Numbered from the stretch's first letter, positions 49,782-59,874 are shown. The stretch is 64,000 nt of DNA from Candidatus Bathyarchaeota archaeon (GCA_016927015.1 JAFGNM010000117.1:29182-93181), one strand, 5' to 3'. Notes: generated from the sequence alone by a model not told the origin. Translations and numbers: made by a program.

Positions 49782-49829
49782 ATATTTGGATCCTAATAGA
49801 AATAGTATGCAGAAACCTATAGGGGGTCT
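49782..49829 (+). repeat. Dispersed ~50-bp bipartite motif, copy 1
   Basis: ATATTTGGATCCTAATAG-aaatagt-ATGCAGAAACCTATAG-GGGGTCT. Confidence 0.9.
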
Positions 49830-49962
49830 GCTCACAGAGTTTCTGTGCTTTACATAAGGCGGCTATGGTCTTTTTCGAGCAGAATCGTTCCAGAAAAGTG
49901 AAAGCCTTTATATTTGGCTTCCCTGTTTTACTGCAAGGAAAAATCAAAAGGAACAAGGCACA

Positions 49963-50427
49963 TTGACAACTCCTTACGACGTTCCAGCATACAAATTCAT
50001 AGAAAAACTATCCAAGTATCTAAAGGATAATGTTGATGAAGTGCAACCTCCCGCATGGGCAAGTGTGGCTAAAACTGGCTCCCACGTGGAAAAGCCGCCT
50101 CAGAACCCCAACTGGTGGTACATACGCGGCGCTTCAATACTTCGCAAGATATACGTTCACGGTCCCATAGGCATAGAGAAACTGCGCGCTGACTACGGAG
50201 GAAGAAAAGACTTCGGCGTCAAACCAGAGCACGCAGTGAAAGCAGGCGGAAGCAACATCAGGAAAATTCTGCAGCAGCTAGAAGCAGCAGAGTTGATTCA
50301 AAAGGCAAGCTCTCGGGGAAGAATCATGGCTCCGAAAGGACGAAAACTTCTGCAGGAAGTGGCTGAGGACCTGCATAAAGATATGGTGAAAGCAGTTCCT
50401 GAGCTCAAGAAATATCAAGGCGAATGA
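49963..50427 (+). CDS. rps19e: 30S ribosomal protein S19e
   Basis: WWYIRGASILRKIY, YGG, IRKILQQLE. Confidence 0.95.
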   Translation: MTTPYDVPAYKFIEKLSKYLKDNVDEVQPPAWASVAKTGSHVEKPPQNPNWWYIRGASILRKIYVHGPIGIEKLRADYGGRKDFGVKPEHAVKAGGSNIRKILQQLEAAELIQKASSRGRIMAPKGRKLLQEVAEDLHKDMVKAVPELKKYQGE

Positions 50428-50428
50428 G

Positions 50429-50758
50429 ATGTCAGATGAAGAGCTTGATGATATTCGCAGAAGAAAACTTTTAGCCATGCAGCAACGAACGACTAATGAT
50501 CAAAGGCAAGGTCAAGCAGAGCGGCAGTTGGAAGCGCAGAAGCAGGCGCTGCTGAGACAGATACTTTCGCCTGAGGCTAGGCAAAGGCTGACGAACTTGA
50601 ACATGGTTAAGCCGGAGTTCACGGAACAGTTGGAACTTCAACTAATACAGTTGGCGCAAGCAGGCAAATTGCCCATCCCGTTATCGGATGCGCAACTGAA
50701 ACAAATATTAATCCAGCTTCAATCTCGGAAGCGAGAAACAAAAATAAGAAGGATATGA
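50429..50758 (+). CDS. PDCD5-like dsDNA-binding protein
   Basis: LRQILSPEARQRL, VKPE, LIQLAQ; conserved position after rps19e. Confidence 0.9.
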   Translation: MSDEELDDIRRRKLLAMQQRTTNDQRQGQAERQLEAQKQALLRQILSPEARQRLTNLNMVKPEFTEQLELQLIQLAQAGKLPIPLSDAQLKQILIQLQSRKRETKIRRI

Positions 50759-50761
50759 AAG

Positions 50762-50920
50762 ATGGCGCGAGTTAAACCTCCAGCTAAAAAACGTAGGTTG
50801 GCTAAAGCTAACAAAGAGAAAAAGGCTGTTCCAACCTGGGTAATAGTGCGGACTGATGGAAAAGTTAGGACAAACCCTAAGCGAAGAAGAAACTGGAGAA
50901 CAGGGAAAATAAAGCCCTAG
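50762..50920 (+). CDS. rpl39e: 50S ribosomal protein L39e
   Basis: Manual translation [16 protein letters not shown]...VPTWVIVRT...PKRRRNWR. Confidence 0.92.
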   Translation: MARVKPPAKKRRLAKANKEKKAVPTWVIVRTDGKVRTNPKRRRNWRTGKIKP

Positions 50921-50935
50921 GAGAGTTAGGAACCA

Positions 50936-51460
50936 ATGAGTAAAGAAGCCAAAGAGCAAGTTTCTGAAGAAGTGCAAGTCGAAGAGAAAGTAGTAAAAGC
51001 GGAAGAAGCGGTTAGCGAAGAGAAAACTGCTGACGAAATCGAAGAACTCTTAGCGGAAGACGAACCCGCAGAGGAACCGCTTGAGGCTGAAGAGGAAGCT
51101 GCACCGGCGGAAGAAGAGGAAGCCAAACCTCGGCGAGGGAAAAAGAAGGAAGAGGAAGAAGAGTTCGTTGAGGAAAGAGTTTACACGATTCCGTTGGGGA
51201 AAGCATGGGTTAGACCGCCGAAGAAGAGAGCTCCTCGGGCTATGCAGCTGATTAAAGACTTCGTAACTAAGCACATGAAACTGGAAATGCGCGTTGAAGA
51301 GGAAGAGGAAAAAGAAGAATTACCTAGGCTTATAATAAGCAATGATGTTAACGAGAAAGTTTGGAGCCGAAGCATCGAGAAGCCTCCGCGGAAGATCCGG
51401 GTGCGCGCCGCTAAAGACAAGGAAGGTAATGTTACCGTTTTCTTGGCTGAAGGAGAATAA
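50936..51460 (+). CDS. rpl31e: 50S ribosomal protein L31e with long acidic N-terminal extension
   Basis: ERVYTIPL, KRAPRA, VNEKVWSRSIEKPPRKIRV. Confidence 0.92.
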   Translation: MSKEAKEQVSEEVQVEEKVVKAEEAVSEEKTADEIEELLAEDEPAEEPLEAEEEAAPAEEEEAKPRRGKKKEEEEEFVEERVYTIPLGKAWVRPPKKRAPRAMQLIKDFVTKHMKLEMRVEEEEEKEELPRLIISNDVNEKVWSRSIEKPPRKIRVRAAKDKEGNVTVFLAEGE

Positions 51461-51463
51461 TCC

Positions 51464-52144
51464 TTGGCCGTTTACTTATGGAGCATCGTTGGAAGCGCAA
51501 GCATAGGCGTTTACTCGCTTGCCAATGACAAGATTGTTATAATTCCGACGATGGTTCCGCTGGAAAAAGCCGAGAAAACAGCTGAATGGTTGCAGGTGAA
51601 ACTCGTTTACACTTCCATAAGCGGTTCCGTGCTGGCTGGCGCGTTGGCTTGCGCAAACTCCAATGGAATTCTGCTTCCTAGCTTAGTCAGAGACGAAGAA
51701 CTAGCTGCAATCAAAGCGTCGTTTGAAGGCAACATCACGGTTATGGAGACGAAAAAGACAGCTTACGGTAACTTGGTCTTAGCCAACGACAATGGCGCGG
51801 TTGTTGACCCGCTTTTCAAGGAGCGTGAAATAAGGCAAATCGCCGATACATTGGGCGTTGAGGCGGTTCCAAGCGAGATTGCCGGGTTGCCTTATGTCGG
51901 GTCGTTGGCTGTGGCTACAAACAAAGGCGTTTTGGCTCATCCGTTGTTGAAGGATGAGGAAAGGAAAATTTTGGAAAACGTTTTCAAGGTTCCCGTTGAC
52001 GTAGGCACAATTAACTGTGGAATACCTTACGTGGGCACTGGCTTACTAGGCAACACGCACGCTGCTATTGCTGGTTCTATGACAACTGGACCCGAGATGT
52101 TTATAATTGGGAATGCACTGGATGTTGTGCAGGAAGATGAATAA
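51464..52144 (+). CDS. eif6: Translation initiation factor 6
   Basis: GNLVLANDNGAVV, VGTINCG, TTGPE. Confidence 0.93.
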   Translation: MAVYLWSIVGSASIGVYSLANDKIVIIPTMVPLEKAEKTAEWLQVKLVYTSISGSVLAGALACANSNGILLPSLVRDEELAAIKASFEGNITVMETKKTAYGNLVLANDNGAVVDPLFKEREIRQIADTLGVEAVPSEIAGLPYVGSLAVATNKGVLAHPLLKDEERKILENVFKVPVDVGTINCGIPYVGTGLLGNTHAAIAGSMTTGPEMFIIGNALDVVQEDE

Positions 52145-52373
52145 AATGAAGGTTTTCAGAGTAACAGGCGAGATTAACAAGCCTAAGTTGAAGACGTCGT
52201 TTGCGAAAGAAGTGATAGTGGATAAACCTGCGCATGCGGTTGAGAAGGTTTATGCCGAAATCGGCAGCAAACACCGCGTTAAAAGGTTCCACATCAAAAT
52301 ATTGAATGTTGAAGAGGTTTCGCCTGAAGAAATCGAGAATCCCATTTTGAAGAAAATAGTCACTGGTGAGTAA
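52137..52373 (+). CDS. rpl18a: 50S ribosomal protein L18a/LX
   Basis: KVFRVTG, AVEKVYAEIGSKHRVKR. Confidence 0.9.
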   Translation: MNKMKVFRVTGEINKPKLKTSFAKEVIVDKPAHAVEKVYAEIGSKHRVKRFHIKILNVEEVSPEEIENPILKKIVTGE

Positions 52374-52376
52374 GAC

Positions 52377-52826
52377 GTGGCAAACATGGCGAACAGAAGC
52401 ACAGCGGAAGAGGAACTTAACAGGCTCAGCATTGAAATGCGCTTTTTAGAGCAGACAGCCGAAACCTTGCAGCAGCGGATTGGCATGATTAACGCGGCTA
52501 TCAATGACTTGAATTACGCTAATATGACTTTGGAAGGCATGGAAACGGAAAAAGATGATGCGGAACTTCTTGTTCCAATAGGCGGCAGCTCCTACATAAA
52601 AGTGAAGCTTGCGAACACTGGCAAGGTGATTGTTGGAATGGGCGCAGGCGTATCCGTTGAGAAAACGCTGCCAGAGGCAAAGGCAATCGTCAAAGAGCGG
52701 TTAGATGATCTGGAGAAAACCATGATGTCCGCGCAGCAGCAGTTTGCACAGGTTGCCCAGAGAATTAACGCGGGCAGAAGCAGGCTCGAAAGTTTACTTG
52801 CTAAAGTGAGAGAAGGGACAACTTAA
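52377..52826 (+). CDS. pfdA: Prefoldin alpha subunit
   Basis: ELLVPIGGSSY, VIVGMGAGVSVEK. Confidence 0.92.
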   Translation: MANMANRSTAEEELNRLSIEMRFLEQTAETLQQRIGMINAAINDLNYANMTLEGMETEKDDAELLVPIGGSSYIKVKLANTGKVIVGMGAGVSVEKTLPEAKAIVKERLDDLEKTMMSAQQQFAQVAQRINAGRSRLESLLAKVREGTT

Positions 52827-52830
52827 CGAG

Positions 52831-53736
52831 ATGTTTGAGAAGCTCAAGTCAGGCTTTAAGGGACTAGTAACCAAGGTTACAACAACTGAGCTTAAAGCTG
52901 AAAACCTGAGTCCTATCCTTTCTGATTTTAAAATGAGCCTCGCGGAAAACGATGTTGCGTTTCCAGTGGCAGACCGCATATGCGATGAGCTTGAAAAACG
53001 TTTAACTGGCGTGCAGGTTAAGCGTCTGGAAGACCGCAAGAAACTTGTTGAAGAAAACCTGCGGCAAGTGCTTTTAGACGTGATGCTTACAAACAACAAA
53101 ATCGACTTGCTGAAGAAAGTGGAGGAGAAACGCGAAACAGGTGAGCCGTTTGTTCTGCTTTTTGTAGGCATAAACGGCACGGGGAAAACGACGACTATAG
53201 CCAAGGTCGCGCATTTCCTTCGCGATAAGGGCTACTCAGTGGTGCTTGCTGGCAGCGACACTTACCGCGCCGGCTCGATTGAGCAGTTGGAAGAGCACGC
53301 TCGACGCTTGGGCATGCGCATGATAACGCACAAGTACGGTGCAGACCCTGCGGCTGTGGCGTATGACGCGATAAGCCACGCTAAAGCGCACGGCGTAAAC
53401 GTTGTTTTGATTGACACGGCAGGGCGGATGCAGACGAACCAGAACTTGATGAACGAGCTTGTCAAAGTGAAGCGGGTTGTCCAGCCTGACTTGACGGTTT
53501 TAACTTTGGATTCGCTGATCGGGAACGACGCGGTTATGCAGGCTGAAGAATTTCACAAGTCCATAGGCGTAGACGCTACGATACTGACGAAGGTGGACGC
53601 CGATGTCAAGGGCGGCTCCGCTTTAAGCGTAACATACGTGACGCAGAAGCCCATATTGTTCATTGGCGTGGGGCAGACGTACAAGGATTTGGAATTGTTT
53701 AACCCAGAAAAATTCGTAAACATGATTCTAAGATAA
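52831..53736 (+). CDS. ftsY: SRP receptor FtsY
   Basis: GINGTGKTTTIAK, DTYRAG, DTAGR, TKVD, GVGQ. Confidence 0.95.
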   Translation: MFEKLKSGFKGLVTKVTTTELKAENLSPILSDFKMSLAENDVAFPVADRICDELEKRLTGVQVKRLEDRKKLVEENLRQVLLDVMLTNNKIDLLKKVEEKRETGEPFVLLFVGINGTGKTTTIAKVAHFLRDKGYSVVLAGSDTYRAGSIEQLEEHARRLGMRMITHKYGADPAAVAYDAISHAKAHGVNVVLIDTAGRMQTNQNLMNELVKVKRVVQPDLTVLTLDSLIGNDAVMQAEEFHKSIGVDATILTKVDADVKGGSALSVTYVTQKPILFIGVGQTYKDLELFNPEKFVNMILR

Positions 53737-55011
53737 ATAGTTTAGAGGGGTCTTGCGCAGTTTAGTTTTTTTTCTTTTCCAAAAATAGACAATGAGACAT
53801 GTGCCAACGACAGCTACTGATGTTACAGCAGATAATGTGTAAACTAATTCGGTTGGTAAGTCTAAAAAAGGATTGGGTTGCGGTGTGGAAAAAGGTGATA
53901 AACTTGCATTCCAAAAAAACAGTTTGCTATATCCATAAGTGTTGTCTGGCTCCAGCTCTTCATCGTAAATTATGTCCAGCTTTGGTCCATATTCTTCCAG
54001 AAGATTGCCGACTGCTTTACAGATTTGGTCAGTAAGATTGTCTGCTTCCCACAGTCCCCAAATCTTGTCGCTTGGACCGCGAAAACCATACCCGTAGTGG
54101 TTGGGTAGGACGTAAGCAACTCTATCGCTAATTGAGCTGTTTTCTCTAGGATTGTTTTGCATGTATTGCCAGAATTGTTTTAAAGCTGTCAGATGCTCTT
54201 TTTCCAAGATTCCTTGAGTGTAATTCTTGTTTGAGTCAAAGATCAATATGTATTTCGCTCCGTTTTCGTAAGCTAAAACCAAGTCTTTGTAGAGTTCTTC
54301 TCCTGATTCGATGTACGGCGGCTCGGTGTACGTCCACGCAACTATGACTCCCCACTCCTTTTCATGCATCGTTGCTGCGCCTCTGCACAGTGCAATATTT
54401 AATTGCCTGCTGTAGTTCCAGCCCAGCTGTGCAAGCACCACATCGTATCCTATCTTGTAATCGAACCAGTAAAGCGCGTAATCCGAAGTGAACACGGCGG
54501 GAACTGCTGGATCATTGTAACCCACGAAGTTCAAGCTGTGTGCCATTATGTCAAAGAATTGGTTGCTTGCATCTGTGTAGTTATCTGCCTTGTCAACAGC
54601 TTTGTATTCATAGAGGTCCAGTTGTTTTCCACCGATCTCATCCCAGACATAGAATCCCAAAAAGCGTTCGCCCCACCTGTTTTTTGCGTCTTCCAGCCAC
54701 TGGCGGTTAAGAAACCTTTCGGTGTAAACTAAAAACGATAAGCCTTTGTCGTAAACATACTGGCAAACCTCGTCAAGTCTCGTGACGTTGTATGTTATGC
54801 CGGTGCAGCCTATCCCTAAAAGATTTGTGTACGAGCTTATTTCGTCGATGAGCACTTTGATTTCAGTTAGATTTTCATAAGCTACGTCCACGCCAAAGAA
54901 TACGTCGGGCGGCTGAGTCTCCGTTTGAGCATAGACTGGAAAACTGAAGTTTAAGAAAACTTGAAATGTGAGGAGAGAAATCAGGAAAACAACCAAACAT
55001 TTAGTTTTCAT
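53728..55011 (-). CDS. Secreted, C-terminally anchored hypothetical protein (possible glycoside-hydrolase-like barrel)
   Basis: Signal peptide, aromatic-rich body (FLGFYVWDE, FTSDYALYWFDY), C-terminal TM with basic tail. Confidence 0.6.
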   Translation of the reverse strand: MKTKCLVVFLISLLTFQVFLNFSFPVYAQTETQPPDVFFGVDVAYENLTEIKVLIDEISSYTNLLGIGCTGITYNVTRLDEVCQYVYDKGLSFLVYTERFLNRQWLEDAKNRWGERFLGFYVWDEIGGKQLDLYEYKAVDKADNYTDASNQFFDIMAHSLNFVGYNDPAVPAVFTSDYALYWFDYKIGYDVVLAQLGWNYSRQLNIALCRGAATMHEKEWGVIVAWTYTEPPYIESGEELYKDLVLAYENGAKYILIFDSNKNYTQGILEKEHLTALKQFWQYMQNNPRENSSISDRVAYVLPNHYGYGFRGPSDKIWGLWEADNLTDQICKAVGNLLEEYGPKLDIIYDEELEPDNTYGYSKLFFWNASLSPFSTPQPNPFLDLPTELVYTLSAVTSVAVVGTCLIVYFWKRKKTKLRKTPLNYLS

Positions 55012-55267
55012 TTTCACAATAAATATAAGCAGCACCCTCAAAATAAGAATTTCCCAGAATCTTTAATTTGCAAGTTTTTCCGAGCACGTACAAGGACTTT
55101 AAATGTTTAAACCAAGAAAAACTCGCCAATATGATCAAGATAGTTCATTTCTGTCCTTAAGCCATCTTTTCCTTTATCCAGGTTTTTCGTGTTTGCTGAA
55201 GAGATAATTACATATATTTCTTGGTTAGGAAGATATCCAGTGTAGGGTGTGCTGTTTTTTGGTGCGC

Positions 55268-55735
55268 GTGAAATTGCCGAGAATGAGCAAAGCCGAAATT
55301 GATCAGCTGCTAAGTGAGCAGTTTCTGTGCCGTATTGCTTTCGGAGGAAAACAGGCTCCGTACATTGCTCCGTTTCAATACGTTTCCGTCGGCGGCAGCC
55401 TCTATTTTCATTTTACGGATTACGGCAGGAAAATGGGTTTGCTTGAAGAGGGCAAACCAGTTTGCGTGGAAATCGAGCGGTACACGCAAGACCTCGGTGA
55501 GTACTGTTTTGTGACGCTGGTTGGCAAGTTGCATGTCGTCACGGATGTTCAAGAGAAGGCTAAAGCCGTAGCGCGGATGGTTGAAGACGCTAAGGCGAAG
55601 GGTTTGTCTACGAATTTTCTTCCCGCTCACGGGCTCCCGAAAGAAGCTGATTGGTCTGCTTTGAAAGCGGAGAAACCCCTTGTCGTTGTTAAACTTGTTG
55701 ACGTTGCAGAAATTGTTGGGCTCAAGTCGCCCTGA
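55268..55735 (+). CDS. Pyridoxamine 5'-phosphate oxidase-family flavin-binding protein
   Basis: CRIAF, PYIAP, LYFH...GRK, VCVEI. Confidence 0.8.
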   Translation: MKLPRMSKAEIDQLLSEQFLCRIAFGGKQAPYIAPFQYVSVGGSLYFHFTDYGRKMGLLEEGKPVCVEIERYTQDLGEYCFVTLVGKLHVVTDVQEKAKAVARMVEDAKAKGLSTNFLPAHGLPKEADWSALKAEKPLVVVKLVDVAEIVGLKSP

Positions 55736-55767
55736 CTGTTGGTCTCGGTGAAACAAAACACGCGTGG

Positions 55768-56748
55768 TTATTTCCAGTAGTCTTTTTCTCTGTCTTGTGC
55801 GGTTGCGTCGGTTTCCATGAGAGCTTCAGGGTATGGTTCAAAGAACGTCTGTTGCATGAGGTATTCTTCGTTGAACCTGATTATCCACGCTTTCAGCACG
55901 TTGAGGGGTGCGCTTAAGGGGAATTTGCCTGCCCTGTACTTTGCCACGGCGTCAAGGAAGAATGCTTTTTCGCTTTTTGATAGTTTGCTTGTGAAGTAGC
56001 CTGCTGCCTTGGTGAGCACGTTTTCGTTTGCGCCTCGCCGCGGCGGCTGTTTCAGAGCTTTCCACAAGTGACCTTGATACTCCGCGATTGTCTCTTGGAA
56101 CAGTCTGCCTTTCGGCTGCGCTACAATCCTGCCCATGGCGTGGAGTTCTGTTTGGCTGTAAGCCGTGAACAACAACTTGTTGCGTGCCTGAAAATCAATT
56201 AGCATGTTTACTGCGCCCGAGTTTTTAACCGCCCTGAAATCCGCTAAAGTGTAAAGTTTCGTAAGGAAATGCTCTTTTATCCGCGAATTCAACAGGCGTC
56301 GTTCATCTTCAACCGCCAGATGCCCAAACCTGTCAACCACGGCGCCTCCGAAGAAGCCAGGTCCCTTTCCCAACGGCGAGACTTTCTCGGTGCTGGGGTA
56401 TATTTTTGCGTCCTTCATGGCGCTGCTCGGCGACCCGCTCTTCAGTATGAAGCCGTCGACTTCCGGCAGCGCGTCCAGAAAATCGTTTGAGAAACGTTTC
56501 ATCCTATCCGTTAAATCCAAGCCTGTTGCCGGCTGAATCAGCTTCAAAGCGTCGCCTGTTTTGACTATTCTGACGGTTTCTCTAGGCACTCTCAGCCCAA
56601 CCTCGACTTCAGGGCACACGGGAATGAACTGCACAAGCGGCTTGAGGCTCCTTACCAAATCGCTCGGCATCATCTGCCCGTTGTAACGGACTGGTTCAAA
56701 CTCGATGCATTTACTCACAACTACACGCGGTTTAGTGAAGTCTCGCAC
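55768..56748 (-). CDS. DUF523 (2-thiouracil desulfurase-like) + DUF1722 (YbgA-like) protein
   Basis: VSKC...VRYNG, PVCPEVEVGL..PRE, FILKSGSPS, YLMQQTFFEPYP. Confidence 0.85.
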   Translation of the reverse strand: MRDFTKPRVVVSKCIEFEPVRYNGQMMPSDLVRSLKPLVQFIPVCPEVEVGLRVPRETVRIVKTGDALKLIQPATGLDLTDRMKRFSNDFLDALPEVDGFILKSGSPSSAMKDAKIYPSTEKVSPLGKGPGFFGGAVVDRFGHLAVEDERRLLNSRIKEHFLTKLYTLADFRAVKNSGAVNMLIDFQARNKLLFTAYSQTELHAMGRIVAQPKGRLFQETIAEYQGHLWKALKQPPRRGANENVLTKAAGYFTSKLSKSEKAFFLDAVAKYRAGKFPLSAPLNVLKAWIIRFNEEYLMQQTFFEPYPEALMETDATAQDREKDYWK

Positions 56749-56850
56749 AACCCCGCCTCGCAACCTTTCACAGAACAACCAGCCTTAACTTATGTGCAGG
56801 CACGAAAAAACAGTTTCGCTTAAATGCCCGTTCTGCAGACCTCTCCCTGT

Positions 56851-56906
56851 CATATTTGGATCCTAATAGTGGATCTATGCAGAAACCTATAGAGGGGGTC
56901 TATCCA
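56851..56906 (+). repeat. Dispersed ~50-bp bipartite motif, copy 2
   Basis: cATATTTGGATCCTAATAG-tggatct-ATGCAGAAACCTATAG-aGGGGGTCTatcca. Confidence 0.9.
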
Positions 56907-57024
56907 GCAGAGCCTCAGTATTACAGTGTACTCCAAGGTTATTTATGGTAAAGTTAAATAGAGTTCGCTGGAATAAAGCTAAAAATCAAACAAGATACAT
57001 CTAAAGCTGCGAAGGAAAGCTAAT

Positions 57025-57909
57025 ATGAAGATAATTCTCGGTCCTGCCTCGAAAGAGTTAGGCGAAAAAACCGCAAAGTTAGCGAATTTGGAAACAGTGC
57101 CTGTTGTCCATAAAACGTTCCCAGACGGAGAATCCTACATCCGACTGGAAAGCACGGTTCAAAACGACCACGTGGCAATAGTGCAAACCACTAGTCCACC
57201 ACAGGACAGCAAAATCATGCAGTTAGCCTTCTTGGCAGACGCTGCAAAACGAAACGGCGCTAGCAAAGTCACCGCTGTGGTGCCTTACTTGGGTTACGCG
57301 CGTCAAGACAAAACGTTCCTGCAAGGCGAAGGAATAAGCATCGAAACCGTGGCTCGCATGCTAAACGCGGCAGGAGTTGACGCTTTAGTCACAGTAAACA
57401 TCCACGCGGAAAACGCGCTGAAAAAGTTCCCGTTCCCAGCCAAAACCTTATCCGCAATTCCGCTGCTGGCTGAATATTTTGTCCAGAAAGGCTGTAAGAA
57501 AGCGTTTGCTCTGGCACCAGACAAAGGCGCAATGTACATCGCAGAACAGGCACAAGCCGTTTTAGGTGGCGAAGCTGGACACCTCGACAAGCAACGCGAC
57601 AGACACACAGGACAAACAAGCCAAACAGGCAAAGGCTTGAACGTGAAGGGGCAAACTGTCATAATTTTCGATGACATCATCAGCACAGGCGGAACAATCG
57701 TTGGCGCAGCAGAAATCCTCCAAGAACAAGGCGCAGCAAGAATCTTTACGGCTTGCGTTCATCCGCTTCTGATAGGTGACGCAGAAAAACGCATTCTCGA
57801 CGCAGGAGTTGAAGAAATTGTGGGCACCGACAGCGTTCCCAGCCACGTCAGCAAAGTCTCGCTTGCACCGTTAATCGCCAAAGCTTTGAAGGCGCAGAAA
57901 AGTGGCTAA
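57025..57909 (+). CDS. prs: Ribose-phosphate pyrophosphokinase
   Basis: FPDGESYIR, PYLGYARQD, APDKGA, DDIISTGGT. Confidence 0.95.
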   Translation: MKIILGPASKELGEKTAKLANLETVPVVHKTFPDGESYIRLESTVQNDHVAIVQTTSPPQDSKIMQLAFLADAAKRNGASKVTAVVPYLGYARQDKTFLQGEGISIETVARMLNAAGVDALVTVNIHAENALKKFPFPAKTLSAIPLLAEYFVQKGCKKAFALAPDKGAMYIAEQAQAVLGGEAGHLDKQRDRHTGQTSQTGKGLNVKGQTVIIFDDIISTGGTIVGAAEILQEQGAARIFTACVHPLLIGDAEKRILDAGVEEIVGTDSVPSHVSKVSLAPLIAKALKAQKSG

Positions 57910-58939
57910 ACTCTTCTTTCTGCTGTCAGGCGAAAACGAAACTTTGCCTGCTGCCGAGTTAAAAGCCATTCTTGAAGCTGAAGGCTTCGCTTTCGAAGTT
58001 AAAGAGCAACTAGACCAAGTAGTGAGGCTGGACGCAGCCAAAGACAGCGTGAAAGCGGTTCACCGCAGATCGGCTTACACCAGAACATGCGTGCTTGAGT
58101 TGTTTGCGTGTGAAGCTGAAGAAACCGCGATTATGAAGTCAGCGGAATCCGTGGATTTCAGAAGTGTTTTAGGTGAGGGTGAGAGCTTCGCGGTTCGCGT
58201 AAGGCGCGTGAAAGAGTACGCGGGAAAAATTGGAACTGTTCCTCTTGAAGGAAAACTCGGCAAACACGTACTTCACAGCACAACGAAAACAAGGGTTAAC
58301 CTGAGAAAACCTGACAAGACCTTTTTCGGCGTCTTAACCAGCGGCAAACTGGTTTTCGGTCTTAGACTCGCGGAAATGGAAATTAAAACGTTTTCTGAAC
58401 GGCGTCCAAGAAAAAAACCTTTTTTTCATCCGTCAGCTATGCCTTCAAAGCTTGCACGGTGCATGGTTAACTTGGCGCGTGCAAGGTCTGGTGAGCTGGT
58501 GTTGGACCCTTTCTGCGGCACTGGAAGCGCTCTGATTGAAGCGGCTTTTGTCGGCTGCAGGGTTTTGGGTTTTGATGTTCAAAGGCGCATGGCGGAAGGC
58601 ACTCGAAGAAACCTTAGGTATTTTGGTGTGGATGCTGAGGGTTTGGTGATTGCTGACTCCCGAAAGTTGCCTTTGATACGGATTGATCATGTTGTCACTG
58701 ATCCTCCTTATGGCAAGTCTGCGACAACTATGAAGTCTACTACGAAGCAGCTTGTTGAAGGCGTGCTCAGTTCAGCGTGGCCTTTGCTTAGTGTAGGGCA
58801 ACTGATTTGTATAGCTTCGCCAAAGACATTAAACATCTCGCGTGTAGGCGCAGAGTCAGGCTATAAGCATTTGGAGTCCCATTTCACTTACGTTCACAGG
58901 ACTCTGACGCGAGAGATAGCGGTGTTCGAAAAAACGTGA
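57902..58939 (+). CDS. trm11: tRNA (guanine-10-N2)-methyltransferase, THUMP + MTase (Trm11/TrmG10)
   Basis: LARCMVNLA, LDPFCGTG, TDPPYG. Confidence 0.85.
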   Translation: MAKLFFLLSGENETLPAAELKAILEAEGFAFEVKEQLDQVVRLDAAKDSVKAVHRRSAYTRTCVLELFACEAEETAIMKSAESVDFRSVLGEGESFAVRVRRVKEYAGKIGTVPLEGKLGKHVLHSTTKTRVNLRKPDKTFFGVLTSGKLVFGLRLAEMEIKTFSERRPRKKPFFHPSAMPSKLARCMVNLARARSGELVLDPFCGTGSALIEAAFVGCRVLGFDVQRRMAEGTRRNLRYFGVDAEGLVIADSRKLPLIRIDHVVTDPPYGKSATTMKSTTKQLVEGVLSSAWPLLSVGQLICIASPKTLNISRVGAESGYKHLESHFTYVHRTLTREIAVFEKT

Positions 58940-58950
58940 GGTGTAAACGG

Positions 58951-59874
58951 GTGAGTATACGTGTGATCTTCCTTGGTACAGGCGGCAGCGTTCCAACTCC
59001 TATGAGGAGTTTGCCAGCTGTGCTCATAAAACGTCAAAGCGAACAGTTGATGTTCGATTGCGGTGAAGGGGTGCAGAGGCAGATGATAAAGGCGAAGGTG
59101 GGTTTTCACAGGAAAATGAAGATTTTTGTTTCGCACATGCATGGTGATCACGTTTTGGGTTTGCCTGGGCTGCTGCAGACTATGGCTTTGCTGGGCAGGG
59201 CGAGGAAGCTTGAGGTTTATGGTCCAGAGGGGATAAAGCAGTTTTTGGAGTGTGTCCGTGAGAGTTTGCAGTTTGGTTTGACGTTTCCGGTTGAAATCCG
59301 CGAGGTTTGCGGTGCTGGCGTTGTGTGCGAGGAAGAGGATTACGTTGTTGAGGCTGTGAGGTCAAATCATGTGGTTCAGGGTTTGGCGTATGCGTTTGTG
59401 GAAAAACTGCGTCCGGGGAAGTTTTATCCTGAGAAAGCCAAGGCGTTGGGTGTTCCTGAGGGTGAGTTGTGGTCGAAGCTTCAGCACGGTGATGCTGTTA
59501 AGCTGGAGAATGGGCGTGTTGTGAGTCCTGAAGAGGTTTTGGGTTCGTTGAGGAAGGGGCGGAAAATCGTGTATTCGGGCGACACGAGGCCTTTTGAGGG
59601 GTTTGTGGAGTTTGCGGCTGGTGCGGACTTGGTTGTTCACGAAGCCACTTTTGACGATGCTCTTTGTGAAAAGGCTGAGGTGGATGGTCATTCAACTCCT
59701 AGTCAGGCTGGGTTGCAGGCTAAGAAGGCGAAGGCAAAGAAGCTTGTTTTAACGCATATTAGCGCTAGGTACGCTGATGCAGGGTTGCTTTTGGAGCAGG
59801 CGCAGAAGGTTTTCAAGGACACGGTGGTAGCTGAGGATTTTATGGTGTTGGAGTTGCCGCTTCCGGACAGTTAA
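58951..59874 (+). CDS. rnz: Ribonuclease Z
   Basis: FLGTG, FDCGEG, SHMHGDH, YSGDT, HEAT, HST, THISARY. Confidence 0.95.
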   Translation: MSIRVIFLGTGGSVPTPMRSLPAVLIKRQSEQLMFDCGEGVQRQMIKAKVGFHRKMKIFVSHMHGDHVLGLPGLLQTMALLGRARKLEVYGPEGIKQFLECVRESLQFGLTFPVEIREVCGAGVVCEEEDYVVEAVRSNHVVQGLAYAFVEKLRPGKFYPEKAKALGVPEGELWSKLQHGDAVKLENGRVVSPEEVLGSLRKGRKIVYSGDTRPFEGFVEFAAGADLVVHEATFDDALCEKAEVDGHSTPSQAGLQAKKAKAKKLVLTHISARYADAGLLLEQAQKVFKDTVVAEDFMVLELPLPDS

